Part shown: piece by piece, positions 31,782-33,786 of the stretch
Layout of the letters: each line of letters begins with the position of its first letter
Numbering within the stretch: the stretch's first letter is position 1
Source of the DNA: a virus
Lineage: Duplodnaviria; Caudoviricetes
DNA length: 33,786 nucleotides
Direction: 5' to 3' (one strand)
IMG/VR virus record: IMGVR_UViG_3300037755_001324
Coordinates: 1-33,786 of that record
Position numbers and translations under genes: made by a program
The notes under the pieces: generated by a model
What the model was told of the DNA's origin: nothing
What the model saw: the letters and a program-made list of their open reading frames with translations, nothing else
Database searches by the model: none

Positions 31782-32500
31782 TTCCGTCGCTGACGCTCGT
31801 TTATCCCTATTACGACAACCCGGAGATGCTGCGCGAGCACCAGCGCGTCTGGCGCGCCCTGCCGCGCGCCGTCGCCGGCCGCGTCGAGGTCGTCGTGGTC
31901 GACGACGCCTCGCCGCGCTGGCCCGCCGCCGACGCCTTCGCCGAGGCCGGCATACACGCGCGGCTCTTCCGCATCGAGACCGACGTGCCATGGAACTGGC
32001 TTGAGGCGCGCAACATCGGCGCGCATCACGCCCGCGCGCCCTGGCTGCTGCTGACCGACATCGACCACGTCGTGCTGTCCGCGACCCTGGCCGAGCTGCT
32101 GCGTCGCCTCGACGCGGGCGCGATCTCGCCGCGGCACTTCTACACCCTCGACCGCGTCTCGGCACCCGGCATGACGCCCTACAAGCCGCATCCGGACAGC
32201 TACCTCATGCCGCGCGACCTGTTCTGGCGCGCCGGCGGCTACGACGAGTTCTTCGCCGGCCATTACGGTACCTCCGGCATCGCGCGCCGCCGCTTCGAGA
32301 CGGCCGGCACGCGCGGCCATCTTGCCGGCCTGCCGCTGGTCCGCTACCCGCGCGCGGTCATCGCCGACGCCAGCACCACGACCCTGCCGCGCAAGGACGG
32401 CAAGACACCCGGCGTGCTCAAGCAGATGTGGCGCGAGCGGCACGCCGACGGCCCCGCCGCGCCGCTGCATTTCCGCCAGCCCTACCACCGGGTCCGCTGA
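31772..32500 (+). CDS. GT2-like glycosyltransferase (start codon uncertain, TTG/CTG)
   Basis: LTLVYPYY, VVVDDAS, ARNIG, LLTDIDH, GGYDE. Confidence 0.85.
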   Translation: MALIPSLTLVYPYYDNPEMLREHQRVWRALPRAVAGRVEVVVVDDASPRWPAADAFAEAGIHARLFRIETDVPWNWLEARNIGAHHARAPWLLLTDIDHVVLSATLAELLRRLDAGAISPRHFYTLDRVSAPGMTPYKPHPDSYLMPRDLFWRAGGYDEFFAGHYGTSGIARRRFETAGTRGHLAGLPLVRYPRAVIADASTTTLPRKDGKTPGVLKQMWRERHADGPAAPLHFRQPYHRVR

Positions 32501-32505
32501 CGGCC

Positions 32506-33228
32506 ATGTTATCGGTCTGCTGGTTCAAGTACCGGCCGCATGCAGGCTACCGCAGCACATTCTCCTCGCACGCGGTCAACACCGCCTTCGCCGGCTTCGC
32601 GCGCCACTACGGCGGCAATTTCCAGCCGGTCTGCATCACCGACGATCCGGACGGGCTGGATCCCGACATCCGCGTCGTGCCGATCTGGGACGACCTGGCC
32701 GACATCCCGAACCCGCACGGCAACCACGAGCCGCGCTGCTACCGCCGCCTCAAGCTGTTCCACCCCGAGACCGCCCGCGCGATCGGCGAGCGCCTGCTGT
32801 GGCTCGACCTCGACATCGTGTTCACCGGCCGGCTCGACCGGCTGTTCGACCGGCCCGAGCCGATCGTCCTGCTGCCCGGCTCGTCGCCGCGCATCCCGTT
32901 CAACGGCTCGATGCTGCTGATGGATGCCGGCTGCCGGCCCGAGGTGTGGTCGACGTTCGATCCGCGCACCGCGCCCGCGCGCAACAAGGCGGCGGGCTGC
33001 GCCGGCTCCGACCAGGGCCAGATCAGCTGGTGCCTGCGCGCGCGCGGCGAGGCGCGCTGGCGCATCGGCCCGGACGCCGACGGCATCTATTTCTACGGCG
33101 CGCACCTCAAGCCGGTCGGCGGCCTGCTGCCGGTCGACGCGCGCCTGGTCAGCTTCCACGGCAAGAACGGCGACCCCTGGTCGCCCCAGATGCAGACCCT
33201 GCCGTGGGTCCGCGCGCACTGGCGCTAG
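32506..33228 (+). CDS. GT-A fold glycosyltransferase, paralog of 31104-31781
   Basis: CITDD, RLKLF, LDLDIV, FNGS, GSDQ, VSFHG..DPW, WVRAHW. Confidence 0.85.
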   Translation: MLSVCWFKYRPHAGYRSTFSSHAVNTAFAGFARHYGGNFQPVCITDDPDGLDPDIRVVPIWDDLADIPNPHGNHEPRCYRRLKLFHPETARAIGERLLWLDLDIVFTGRLDRLFDRPEPIVLLPGSSPRIPFNGSMLLMDAGCRPEVWSTFDPRTAPARNKAAGCAGSDQGQISWCLRARGEARWRIGPDADGIYFYGAHLKPVGGLLPVDARLVSFHGKNGDPWSPQMQTLPWVRAHWR

Positions 33229-33236
33229 GCGAGGTT

Positions 33237-33331
33237 CACCACAGAGGCACAGAGACACAGAGAAGGAAAGGGAAGGTTGCGCCGCGCAGCGGCGCGGGAG
33301 TCTTCCTCTGTGTCTCTGTGCCTCTGTGGTG
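33237..33331. repeat. Family A inverted-repeat element (core in opposite orientation)
   Basis: CACCACAGAGGCACAGAGACACAGAG...CTCTGTGTCTCTGTGCCTCTGTGGTG. Confidence 0.95.
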
Positions 33332-33362
33332 ATTCTTCCTCTTCTTCTTCGGAGATTGTCCC

Positions 33363-33786
33363 ATGCTGGCAAGCCGCAAGATGCAGCTCGAGACGCGCCG
33401 CGCGCACGCAATCCTGACCGTCAAGGCGGTCGACGAGAGCCAGCGGATCATCGAGGGCATCGCCTCGACTCCCGCGCCTGATCGCGTCGGCGACATCGTC
33501 GAGTCGCTCGGCGCGCAGTTCAAGCTGCCGCTGCCCTTGCTCTGGCAGCACCGCTCCGATCAGCCGATCGGCCATGTCGAGTTCGCCAAGGCGGGTAACA
33601 GCGGCATCCCGTTCAAGGCCCGCCTCGCGCGCATCGCGACGCCGGGGCCGCTCAAGGACTCGATCGACACGGCGTGGGAGGCGGTCAAGGCCGGCCTCGT
33701 GCGCGGCGTCTCGATCGGCTTCCGCATCCTCGAATACAGCATCATGGAAGGCGGCGGCTGGCGCATCACCGATTGGGAATGGCTCG
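33363..33786 (+). CDS. HK97-family prohead protease, partial (may be fused to the capsid protein)
   Basis: Not in ORF track. GGAG RBS, ATG 33363; IEGIAST..PDRVGDIV, PLLWQH..DQPIG, GLVRGVSIGF. Confidence 0.92.
   Translation, partial: MLASRKMQLETRRAHAILTVKAVDESQRIIEGIASTPAPDRVGDIVESLGAQFKLPLPLLWQHRSDQPIGHVEFAKAGNSGIPFKARLARIATPGPLKDSIDTAWEAVKAGLVRGVSIGFRILEYSIMEGGGWRITDWEWL

Larger units (their letters stand above)
1..33786. mobile_element. Temperate cos-type tailed phage/prophage segment, probably alphaproteobacterial
   Basis: Repressor/Cro switch, replication, HNH-terS-terL and head genes in canonical order; no att site or integrase within the window. Confidence 0.93.

Noticed and set aside
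2082-33331. Family A or B repeats as a dispersed CRISPR array or prophage att sites
   Set aside because: Copies are kilobases apart, palindromic, in both orientations and internal to the phage; no integrase or tRNA is adjacent.
1-33786. tRNA/rRNA genes, integrase, lysis genes, reverse transcriptase or DGR
   Set aside because: No supporting motifs seen. The small TM proteins at 18368-18858 are not next to an endolysin, so they were not called holins.

Overview
High-GC temperate (pro)phage segment of probable alphaproteobacterial origin. From left to right: a leftward early operon, a CI/Cro-type switch with TTGCG-N3-CGCAA operators, and a long rightward early/replication region (Gp37Gp68, DUF2303, aGPT-Pplase1-type DNA modification enzyme, ASCH, GcrA-like proteins, SSB, two DNA methyltransferases, SF3 helicase, DUF3310, ThyX, nucleotidyltransferase). 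These are followed by HNH, a probable cos region, terS and terL, a methyltransferase/PRTase-HAD/glycosyltransferase cassette and the start of an HK97-type prohead protease. The most striking signal is at the left edge, on the minus strand. A perfectly phased (GGY-NN)x16 pentamer array and a 12-bp palindrome sit directly upstream of a gene missing from the ORF track (214..<1), whose N-terminus looks like a Cas7/RAMP-fold protein. This is a candidate phage-encoded RNA-guided system with a gapped guide code (VIPR-like). Other unusual features are an HNH endonuclease fully overprinted inside a still-open methyltransferase frame, a CtrA/GANTC/DnaA-box cluster inside the repressor ORF, and two families of dispersed palindromic elements, one intergenic and one translated at protein termini. 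All calls are motif recognition by eye; no database searches were run.
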